Positions 26,562 through 34,977 of a stretch of DNA of 64,000 bases are shown here, one piece after another. The stretch is from the NCBI GenBank assembly GCA_013287815.1, contig JABDDC010000006.1, forward strand, positions 959 to 64,958, in the 5' to 3' direction. This DNA comes from Chlamydiota bacterium (GTDB lineage Bacteria > Chlamydiota > Chlamydiia > Chlamydiales > Parachlamydiaceae). The notes below the pieces were generated by a model. The model was not told the origin of the DNA. It did not search any database and saw only the letters and a program-made list of their open reading frames with translations. The translations under genes and the position numbers were made by a program. How positions within the stretch are numbered: the stretch's first letter is position 1; each line of letters starts with the position of its first letter.

Positions 26562-27956
26562 TTATCGATGTTTGGCTATAAAACCTAGTACTATGCTATT
26601 AAAAAATTCAGGTTGTTCCCAATAGAGTGCATGTCCTCCCTCGGCGAGGATTGCTATCTCGCAATTGGGGATATGGCTAGCGTACGCCCTTAACATTGGC
26701 GGAGGCATGTAAAGGTCTGCATCCCCTCCAATCATCATCACGGGTGTTTTCACATGGGCGAGCTTCTCCCAAGTGACCTCATGTGCGTTTGCATTCACTT
26801 GGCCAATTCGAACGCCGGTAGCCGCTTTCTCCTCGAGAGCCGACCACATCTCTACCCCTTTTGGATTACTGACACGATAAGTGGGCGAAAGTTCGCGGAA
26901 CTCGGCTGGAAACTCGTTAAAGCCATTGGGACAAAGACGAATACACAACTTGATGTAATCGGGATCCTTAACTTCTCCAATTGGGCAGTAGGATGAGCTG
27001 ACAACGCTATAGAGATCTGCTCCATAAGAAAGGGCGTAATTCATGGCAAGACCCCCACCTGCTGCAGCTCCAACGAGATGACATTTGGTAATGCCCAGGA
27101 ATTTAAGCAGATTGCGCAAATCATTGACTGCGCTTCCCGGATTTTCCTTAGAAACCGGATCGGACTTACCATAGCCGCGTCTCGAATAAGTGATGACTCG
27201 ATAGCCGGACTTGGCAAAGACAGGTTGTTGATAACCCCAAACGGTCGAGCTTCTTTCCGGATGCAGCAATACGACAGGTTCACCTTTGCCGCCGGTATCT
27301 GAATATTCAAGTTGGGTGTCAGGAAGCTTGGCAATGCCTTGTTTTGCCGGAAACGGAGCTGGTATATGTACTGGACTTGCGGGGTTGAAAAGATGATCGG
27401 CAGCAAACACTCCACTTGCTATTTCATCTATCGGCTCCAAGACAAAATCAAAATGTCCAATCGGATATTGAATGACTCGCCCAGGTCTATACCAATGGTC
27501 TTCAGCATTGTGTTCATCGTCAGGAAAGTATAGCTGAGTCGTTATTAATTTATAACCATCCGCACTGATTTTGAAATGGAGATGGGCACAACGAATATCA
27601 AGTGGATCGTCGTTAATTTCATATCCGCCAGGAATTATTGTTTCCAATTTATAGAAACCATCACTATCTGATCTTAATTTTCCTCGTAATGTATAGCCTT
27701 CGGTGTCATAAACACCATCAGTAGTGGTCTGCCAAATGTCTAAAGTGGCCCCACCCAGTGGAGTGCCATCCGTAGAAAGAACCCGTCCAGATAAGGTCAG
27801 AGATCGATCTTCAGGAAGCTTGGGTGATGAAAAAACACCTGTTATTTCCGGTGCTCCCGCATAATAAAAAGGACCTTCAATATCTGACTCGGTTGGTTCT
27901 AGTCGTTGTCCACCGGTGATTGGTACAAATTTATTGTAAGCTTTATATATTTGCAT
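26562..27956 (-). CDS. Fusion of an intradiol ring-cleavage dioxygenase domain with an alpha/beta-hydrolase fold lacking the nucleophile
   Basis: The N-terminal half has LSGRVLSTDGTPLGGATLDIWQTTTDGVYD...YTLRG...CAHLHFKI (Dioxygenase_C pattern with Y,Y,HxH). The C-terminal half has VVLLHP...RVITYSRRGYGKSD...HLVGAAAGGGLAMNYA...GGDAD...GGHALYWEQPEFF. The GxSxG motif reads GAAAG. Confidence 0.75.
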   Translation of the reverse strand: MQIYKAYNKFVPITGGQRLEPTESDIEGPFYYAGAPEITGVFSSPKLPEDRSLTLSGRVLSTDGTPLGGATLDIWQTTTDGVYDTEGYTLRGKLRSDSDGFYKLETIIPGGYEINDDPLDIRCAHLHFKISADGYKLITTQLYFPDDEHNAEDHWYRPGRVIQYPIGHFDFVLEPIDEIASGVFAADHLFNPASPVHIPAPFPAKQGIAKLPDTQLEYSDTGGKGEPVVLLHPERSSTVWGYQQPVFAKSGYRVITYSRRGYGKSDPVSKENPGSAVNDLRNLLKFLGITKCHLVGAAAGGGLAMNYALSYGADLYSVVSSSYCPIGEVKDPDYIKLCIRLCPNGFNEFPAEFRELSPTYRVSNPKGVEMWSALEEKAATGVRIGQVNANAHEVTWEKLAHVKTPVMMIGGDADLYMPPPMLRAYASHIPNCEIAILAEGGHALYWEQPEFFNSIVLGFIAKHR

Positions 27957-27988
27957 AAGAATCCTTCAAAAAAATATTGTTTTTCATC

Positions 27989-29350
27989 TTAAGACATAGA
28001 TGTTTTCTGCTTTAATTTCAAATTATTAATGCTGGGCCTTATTGTGACGGCTGTGGACATCACGGGCTTCACTTCCTGATTAGGCAAAAATTCAAATGAG
28101 AATCGGCGCAGGATGATCACGAGTGCGGTGAGGATCTCTAGGAACGCGAAATTGCGCCCAATGCATCCCCTTTTGCCGCTGCCAAAGGGAAGGTAAGCGT
28201 AAGGATGGCTTTGTCCGAATGGATTATCCAAAAATCGCTGTGGGTTAAAAGTATTAGGCTCCTTCCAAAAATCAGGGTGGTGGTGAATTTGGTGGTTGTT
28301 AATAATTACACCTGCTCCCTTAGGAATAAAATATCCTTTCACGGAAGTATCAACAACAGCCTGTCTTAGCTGATTGAAGCTTGTAGAATTCATGCGCATC
28401 GATTCTTTAATCGTCGCTATAGTGTAGGTTAATTTATTAATTTGTTCATACGTCGGCTGTTCATCACCGAGCACATCCGAAATTTCCCGGCAGATTTTTT
28501 GCCTAATTTCGGGATGGCGTGTCAGTGCAATCAATACATAGAAAAGTGCCGGTGATGTTGTAAATAATCCAACCCCTGAAGCTGTGGAAATTTGAAATCC
28601 TATTTGATCAATGAGTTCTTCCCTGCTTAGTTCATTGCCATATTCATTGATAGCATTTCCAATAAAATCATCAATCTTATCACCTGATTCAAGCCGTCTT
28701 CTTACCCATTTTTTATAGGCTTCACGATTAGAGCCGATGGCCTCATCATACTGTTTTTTTTTCCAAGGCAATTTCCAAATCCAAGGGAAGTATGTGGTAT
28801 GATGCGCCATGAGGGTCCCAACAGAATGATACATCATGTCAACGGTCTCTTCGGGACTGTCTTCTATATAGTAGAAGAATGAATTGTTAACAAAGTTAAT
28901 GATAAGGCAAGTCAATTCATAGCCAACATCAACAACTGCGTTGTCGGGATATTTATCGAACCAGGCATCGACCCGTTTAGTAGCTATTTCATAAAATTTA
29001 GCCATATACCGTTCAAAAAAAACATGCACATTTACCGATTTTAAAGCCACTTCCCGATCCCTTTTCCACTTAACCGGATCGTTTTGCGTAAAAAAACTTA
29101 CTAAACCTGCCAGCGGCTCCAAGCCATGAACTAAGGCTGGATGTTTATTGAAGAAGTCGTCTTGCTTATCTCCCAGGATGATTTGGGCGTAATCCGGATG
29201 CGTAAAAAAATAGTTTGTAATCTTTCCTGTATCGAACTTGGCTATATCGCCGTATGTTTCAAAAATATGGGTTCTCAGACCGACCGGATCATCTCTATTC
29301 CATCTGAAGTACTTCCATTTTGACATTTTGATATCGGGAACATTTAACAT
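27989..29350 (-). CDS. Cytochrome P450
   Basis: Heme-thiolate loop PFGSGKRGCIGRNFAFLE, ExxR (KESMR) and an I-helix-like ASGVGLFTTSPAL. It appears soluble (no N-terminal anchor). Confidence 0.9.
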   Translation of the reverse strand: MLNVPDIKMSKWKYFRWNRDDPVGLRTHIFETYGDIAKFDTGKITNYFFTHPDYAQIILGDKQDDFFNKHPALVHGLEPLAGLVSFFTQNDPVKWKRDREVALKSVNVHVFFERYMAKFYEIATKRVDAWFDKYPDNAVVDVGYELTCLIINFVNNSFFYYIEDSPEETVDMMYHSVGTLMAHHTTYFPWIWKLPWKKKQYDEAIGSNREAYKKWVRRRLESGDKIDDFIGNAINEYGNELSREELIDQIGFQISTASGVGLFTTSPALFYVLIALTRHPEIRQKICREISDVLGDEQPTYEQINKLTYTIATIKESMRMNSTSFNQLRQAVVDTSVKGYFIPKGAGVIINNHQIHHHPDFWKEPNTFNPQRFLDNPFGQSHPYAYLPFGSGKRGCIGRNFAFLEILTALVIILRRFSFEFLPNQEVKPVMSTAVTIRPSINNLKLKQKTSMS

Positions 29351-29353
29351 AGA

Positions 29354-31396
29354 TTATTCCTTTACTTGTTCAGGGCCACCAACATTACTGAATTCTTCAA
29401 CGTATATTTTTTCCTGTGGAATCTTCAGATTTTCAATTAAGGTGTTTTTTATATTTCTCGTGTAGCTATCGGGGCCGCAAATATAAATATCTGCGTTTGC
29501 CATTAATTCTATCTGTCTGGAAATTTCATCTGAAGTTAATCTCCCCTCTTTAACGGTTTGTCGATACCTTACTTTAAAATTAGGATATTTTTCACTCATT
29601 TTTTCAAACTCAATTCTGAAAATATCCTCTCCGGCATTCCTGAAGGAATAGTCAATTGTCACTGAAATGGAAGGTTCATTTCTAATCATTTTTGCCATCA
29701 TGATAGCCGGAGTAATTCCAATTCCACCGGCATAAAAGATCACGGGAGTTTGGAAGGGATATTTAATCAAAAATTCTCCTTGAGGCTTGGACACGTAAGC
29801 TATCATATTCTCGGATGCATTTTCAAATAACCAGTTGGATAGGGCTCCTTTTTCTTCACGTTTTATAGTTATTTCATAAAAGTCATCCTCAGGATGACTT
29901 GTCAATGTGTAGGGCCTCTCCACCCAATTTCCATTAATTTGAAATCTGATAACCACATGTTGTCCCGGAAGAAAGGTTTTTTTATCTTCCGCATTGATCG
30001 GTTTAAGTTGAAAAGACCAGATGATATTATTATGTTTAATGATTTTGAAGATATTGCAAGATTTCCAAACATCATAGCCAAGCAATTCCTGTATTCTTGG
30101 TCTACAGCCTCCGCATACAGACCCCGCTCCTGTGCATTTCATCACTTGTTTGAGAGAGTTTGCTCCGGATTTAATAGTGTCTACAATCGTTTGAGTGCTA
30201 ATAAGCATGCATTTGCACAGTATATCTTCACCAACACTGATCAACTTGAAAGACTTGGTAGCCAATGAACCGCTAACAATAAATCTTTCGAGGATTTCAG
30301 GAGTCATTTTGGTTTTCTCGATGATCATTTGGACCAAATCGCTGTTGTCATCCCAATACCCGAAATTGACGACTCCTACCAATTCCCCATCCTTAACTCT
30401 AATCTCCCTTTTTTCTTGTTCGTTTCTCTGATAAACAAAGGTCTCATAGTCTTCTATTCCAAGCCGTGAGATGCAAAATATCCCATTACCTGTCACCTGA
30501 TAACCGATCAATTTCATCTCTTTTGAAACATCCATCTTTAAACAGATGGCGGGGAGCCCTAAAAATACTCCTTGATAACGTTTAACTCGACCAACATGTG
30601 GGGTCTTATAAACATTTTCGAGAGAGACTAGCACCTCTTTGAATCGGTCACTTGAACCGTACATTTTCAACAAGGTCTCTTTATCTAAAACAATGAGTTC
30701 AGAATTACCACGTGATACTGCCATTGCTATGCGTGGCAGTTTTTTTATAATTCCCAATTCACCAAATATCTCACCCGGCTCCAGGGTCACATTTAAAATA
30801 ATTTCCCCTCTTTCATTTTCAGTTCGGATATCCACTTCTCCGGACAAGATAATATAAGCGGCATCCGATTTGTCATTTTGATAAAAGATTACCTCTCTAT
30901 CTTTAAATTTCTCAACTCTTTCATCAATTTTGGCGACATCTATATTGCTTTCTTGAAGATACTGAAAATTCTCTTCTAACTGGTGAAATACAGACTCAAC
31001 TCCACGCTCCCTCGTTACCTTCAATATCGTTTCATTGAATTGACTTTCCGCTTTTAATACTTCTTTTGGGATCATTAAACATGTGCAATCTTCAGTAGCG
31101 CAAGCAGAAGAATGTCTGGCAGTTAAACCCAAACTTGTGGCGGCTTCCTCTCCAAAAAACTCCTTCTCCTTTCTAATGACTTGAACCTGCTCATCACCTG
31201 CCGAATTAATCGTAAATAGTTTAACTTTCCCCTTTTCAATGATATAAACGGAATCGGCCGCCTCTCCAACAGAGTAGATGGTTTGCCCATTGCAAAACTT
31301 TTTTTCTTGAGACTTTTCAAAAATCTCACCCGAAAAAGGGATGTTGAATATATTCAGAAGGCCAGAATCTCTGACCAATTTTTTTTGGATGTCCAC
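29354..31396 (-). CDS. Multidomain reductase: 2x cNMP-binding, an unknown domain, a BFD-like [2Fe-2S] domain and an FNR-like FAD/NAD(P) domain
   Basis: The two CAP-type domains read GEAADSVYIIEKGKVKL...FFGEEA...RHSSACA and SDAAYIILSGEVDI...IFGELGII...PRIAMAV. The Cys pattern CKC...CTGAGSVCGGC fits Fer2_BFD. The FNR part has RPYTLTS, YAGGIGITP and DIYICGPDSY. The stop is 3 nt before the P450 start. Confidence 0.8.
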   Translation of the reverse strand: MDIQKKLVRDSGLLNIFNIPFSGEIFEKSQEKKFCNGQTIYSVGEAADSVYIIEKGKVKLFTINSAGDEQVQVIRKEKEFFGEEAATSLGLTARHSSACATEDCTCLMIPKEVLKAESQFNETILKVTRERGVESVFHQLEENFQYLQESNIDVAKIDERVEKFKDREVIFYQNDKSDAAYIILSGEVDIRTENERGEIILNVTLEPGEIFGELGIIKKLPRIAMAVSRGNSELIVLDKETLLKMYGSSDRFKEVLVSLENVYKTPHVGRVKRYQGVFLGLPAICLKMDVSKEMKLIGYQVTGNGIFCISRLGIEDYETFVYQRNEQEKREIRVKDGELVGVVNFGYWDDNSDLVQMIIEKTKMTPEILERFIVSGSLATKSFKLISVGEDILCKCMLISTQTIVDTIKSGANSLKQVMKCTGAGSVCGGCRPRIQELLGYDVWKSCNIFKIIKHNNIIWSFQLKPINAEDKKTFLPGQHVVIRFQINGNWVERPYTLTSHPEDDFYEITIKREEKGALSNWLFENASENMIAYVSKPQGEFLIKYPFQTPVIFYAGGIGITPAIMMAKMIRNEPSISVTIDYSFRNAGEDIFRIEFEKMSEKYPNFKVRYRQTVKEGRLTSDEISRQIELMANADIYICGPDSYTRNIKNTLIENLKIPQEKIYVEEFSNVGGPEQVKE

Positions 31397-31535
31397 CTTA
31401 GCTTGTCCTTATTCTTGATAAATACTTTCTAACAACAAATGATTTTTATTGCATGAGATTTTTTTCTTTAGTACGGTCAGGGTGCAAGTAAAAGTGATGA
31501 TTTTATAAATATTCATTCCGAAAAGGAGAAAAGTC

Positions 31536-33017
31536 ATGGGAGCTAGAAACGGAAAAGCATATCTGGATTCTCTCGATAATATGCAAAGAGAGATATGGTT
31601 AGATGGAGAAAAGCTGACTCAGAATTTGAGTCAATATCCCTTATTTTCGGGTATCGCCAAGTCGATGGCCCAGCTGTATGATATGCAGCATGATCCTCTC
31701 TTGATAGATCAGATGACCTACAACTCACCTACCACCGGCGATCGCGTTGGGATGAGTTTTCTCGAACCTAAAACAATGGAGGATGTAGCTAAAAGACGGA
31801 TCATGATGAAAAATTGGGCCGATTGGTCAGGAGGCATGCTTGGAAGAACTCCCGATTATAAAAATAGTGAATTGATGGCTTGGGCTTCAGCTGCTGAAGT
31901 ATTTGGCAGAAAAGATCCACGCTTTGCTGAAAACATAAAGAGATATTATGAATACGTTCGAGAGAATGATCTTCTTTTAACCCATGCTCTCCTTGCGCCT
32001 CAAGTTAATCGTTCAGCATTGGCGCACGAGCAAAAAGATCAGTTCATCGCAGCAAAAGTCGTTGAAAAGAATACAAAAGGAATAGTCATTCGCGGAGCCC
32101 GATATCTGGCTACCTTCCCTTTAGCTGATGAAATTATTGTTTTTCCCCCTCCTCCTTTACTCGAACAAGTGAATTTTTCTGTAAAAGATATAAAAACTGC
32201 TGCTTTAGAAGCTCCTTATATGTTTGCTTTTTCAATATCCGTTGAAACACCCGGCCTCAAATTTATCTGCCGAGAGTCTTTTTCCAAAAAATCCATTTTC
32301 GACCATCCCCTGGCGGCCCGTTTTGATGAACAAGATGCTGTAGTCGTTTTCGATGATGTACTTGTTCCATGGGATAGAGTCTTTTTGCTGGAAGATATCG
32401 AAGGGCGCCATGCTATGTATGCCGAAACTGATGCCAGAATCCATATGACCCACCAAGTTCTTATTAGAAGGGTTGCTAAAACAGAATTCCTCTTGGGCGT
32501 TATCTGTAAAGTCGCCGAAATGATCGGAATCGATCAATTCCCCAATGTACATGAAAAGATTATTAAAGTGATCATGGCACTAGATACTATGAAGGCCTTA
32601 TTGGTCGCCAGTGAAGCTAATGCTAAAGTTAACCGCTGGGGTGTAATGACGCCCGATGATGAGCCATTAGCTACTTCCAGAAGTCTTTATCCACTGCTTT
32701 ACCCTCAAATTCGTGAGATCATTCAGCAACTTAGTGCCGGCGGCTTGATGGCTCTTCCAACAGAGTTGTCGATGGATAGTGCCATCAGAGAAGATATTGA
32801 CAAGTACTATCAAGGCAAAAATGCCAATTCAGAAGAGCGGATCAAACTTTTTCATCTTTGCTGGGATATTGCAGGAAGCTCTTTTGGGTCTAGACAAGAA
32901 CTTTATGAACGATTTTTCTCAGGTGATCCACTAAAGACTGCAACAGCATTTTATTATCATTATGATAAGGCGCCGGTGATAAAAAAAGTTGAAGAATTTC
33001 TCAATAGGAAAATATAA
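31536..33017 (+). CDS. hpaB: 4-hydroxyphenylacetate 3-monooxygenase oxygenase component family (HpaB-like, FADH2-dependent)
   Basis: The N-terminal GARNGKAYLDSLDNMQREIWLDGEKL, the length (493 aa) and blocks such as LLTHALLAPQVNRS and GARYLATF are typical of the HpaB/4HPA3H family. aaaaggag lies upstream. Confidence 0.8.
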   Translation: MGARNGKAYLDSLDNMQREIWLDGEKLTQNLSQYPLFSGIAKSMAQLYDMQHDPLLIDQMTYNSPTTGDRVGMSFLEPKTMEDVAKRRIMMKNWADWSGGMLGRTPDYKNSELMAWASAAEVFGRKDPRFAENIKRYYEYVRENDLLLTHALLAPQVNRSALAHEQKDQFIAAKVVEKNTKGIVIRGARYLATFPLADEIIVFPPPPLLEQVNFSVKDIKTAALEAPYMFAFSISVETPGLKFICRESFSKKSIFDHPLAARFDEQDAVVVFDDVLVPWDRVFLLEDIEGRHAMYAETDARIHMTHQVLIRRVAKTEFLLGVICKVAEMIGIDQFPNVHEKIIKVIMALDTMKALLVASEANAKVNRWGVMTPDDEPLATSRSLYPLLYPQIREIIQQLSAGGLMALPTELSMDSAIREDIDKYYQGKNANSEERIKLFHLCWDIAGSSFGSRQELYERFFSGDPLKTATAFYYHYDKAPVIKKVEEFLNRKI

Positions 33018-33032
33018 CCTCATCATCCGTCA

Positions 33033-34289
33033 CTAAGGGCTGCCGTTTCTAGATTTAAGTTTATTGAGATCAGTCCATTCAATGGGGATGGGCTTACCAT
33101 CTTTAATAAGCATTAGATAACTTTTATTGAGAAGTGTGTGATCATCTTTATCTATGGTAATTTTCTCTACTATGCCGATATCAACATCTCTAAAGGATTC
33201 GAAAGCATCGATGAGTCCTTCTCTCGTCAGGTTATTAGCCTCTAATGCCCTTGATAATGCAATATTAAGAATTTTAGCTCTAAGATAGCCATGTAAACTA
33301 GATTGACTATATTTCAGGTCAGATTGATATTTTTTAAAATCTTCCTGATATTCTCTTACTGCAGGTAAGCTTATATCAAAAGGAGATGGTACGGTTTGAG
33401 AAGCAATAAAATTAAAGTCTAAGCCAGTGAAATCACTATAAGTAATACTGCTGCCGGAATTGACAATTAGAGCATTAGGAATTAATTGCTTCACTAACTT
33501 GACAAACTCAACATCTCCGGGAGGTGTTGTCGCACTGATTATGACTTTGATCTCAAATTTATTCGCTCTAGCATCCCTCAAAAGATTGGCCACCCCTCCT
33601 TCCACATTCATAGTAGCTCGTGAATATCGACCATAGGGCAATTTCTCAGGATTAGGATAGCCAAATTTTTTTAATGCATCCATTGATCCTTTATAATATG
33701 AATCCCCAAAAGGATCATTTTGTAAAAAAAAAGCCATCTCTTCGGGTTTAAAGCCATTATCTAACAGATTTTTAATTATTATTTCACTTCCTTTACCGGA
33801 GCCAGTAGAAAAATTGATGACATAATGAAAAGGCGGATGTGTATATAAGAATTCAGAACCAGCATAAGGAGCATAAAGCAATACATGTTTTTCATTAATA
33901 ATGGGTAGTGTCACAAGAACATTTGCAGACCCTGCGATAATAATTGCCAAGACATTATCTTTGTCTATGAATTCCCTTACATTATGTGCGGTGATAACAG
34001 GATCTCTTTTATCATCCATAACAATTAGTTCTATTAGATGTCCATTAATACCACCTCGATCATTAATTTTTTTAAAATATGCTTGGAAACCGGCACGAAA
34101 TTCCTTAAGAAAAATTTCGTTTGGGTTGATTGATATTCCCAATTTAATAGGAGATAGATCTTTTTTTTCAGATGGAATATTTTTAGATGGGGGTGCTGAA
34201 TTCTGTTCGGAAGCTTCTCCATAAGATATATGGAAAGGAATAAAAAACAAATAAATTAAAATAATTTTTAATATTGACTTATTGGTCAT
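33033..34289 (-). CDS. Orphan periplasmic substrate-binding protein (LivJ/branched-chain amino-acid binding family-like)
   Basis: Signal peptide. IKLGISINPNE...FQAYFKKINDRGGINGHLIELIVMDDKRDP is typical of Peripla_BP_6 proteins. There are no adjacent permease or ATPase genes. Confidence 0.65.
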   Translation of the reverse strand: MTNKSILKIILIYLFFIPFHISYGEASEQNSAPPSKNIPSEKKDLSPIKLGISINPNEIFLKEFRAGFQAYFKKINDRGGINGHLIELIVMDDKRDPVITAHNVREFIDKDNVLAIIIAGSANVLVTLPIINEKHVLLYAPYAGSEFLYTHPPFHYVINFSTGSGKGSEIIIKNLLDNGFKPEEMAFFLQNDPFGDSYYKGSMDALKKFGYPNPEKLPYGRYSRATMNVEGGVANLLRDARANKFEIKVIISATTPPGDVEFVKLVKQLIPNALIVNSGSSITYSDFTGLDFNFIASQTVPSPFDISLPAVREYQEDFKKYQSDLKYSQSSLHGYLRAKILNIALSRALEANNLTREGLIDAFESFRDVDIGIVEKITIDKDDHTLLNKSYLMLIKDGKPIPIEWTDLNKLKSRNGSP

Positions 34290-34393
34290 GGAAACTCCAT
34301 CTCCGGTTTTCGATTAAGAATATCTGTAATCATAGTCTCAATTTATTAAAAAATCACTTAATATTATTTATTTGTCAAGCAAAGCTATGGGCT

Positions 34394-34621
34394 CTGAGAT
34401 TCGGAGTAGGTACTTATCGTCATTATAACCGCGGAGCCACAGAGATCGCTGAGCAAACGCAGAGAGTTTTTTCTACGATCAAAATCTCTCTGCGCTTGCT
34501 CAGCGATCTCTGCGGCTCCGCGGTAAAATCTTCTATACAACTTTCTAGCCACCCCTTACTAGAGCCACTTTCCTATACCCAAACGGTAACTCTGACATCT
34601 CGTTCCTACTCCGAATCTCAG
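34394..34621. mobile_element. 228 bp MITE with perfect 17 bp TIRs, a 7 bp target duplication and an internal 38 bp hairpin
   Basis: The TIRs are ctgagattcggagtagg (34394-34410) and cctactccgaatctcag (34605-34621). atgggct occurs immediately outside both ends (34387-34393 and 34622-34628). The internal arms 34429-34466 and 34486-34523 pair at 36 of 38 positions. Confidence 0.75.
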
Positions 34622-34977
34622 ATGGGCTATCACCTGTCGCCCTCCGTTTCACTAGGGGCGCTCCGCATTCGCTCAGCTTAATTGTTATGACTCCACAGTA
34701 GCTGGCGATGATCATTCACCCATCCGCAAACCGATACAAGTTTGTCTGAAGAGCCTCCCAGGGGAAAAGAATAATTTCGCTAATTTCTCCCTAAGTCCGA
34801 ATTGCTGTGAAAAAATGTGTAACTTGTATTTTATTCCAATATTAATTAATGTACCGTTTTGAAGACTCGTAGGATTAATTCTTGTCAGGAGTTACATCAA
34901 GTATGGTATCTTATCTATAAACAAGGGAAGTATGTCCCATTTAACTGGACTAATTACTCGAAATCTGGAGAGTCGAA

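Noticed and set aside
27041-27415. 124 aa same-strand ORF in an alternative frame within the dioxygenase/hydrolase gene
   Set aside because: It is fully nested in a frame with clear alpha/beta-hydrolase motifs. It has no independent signals.
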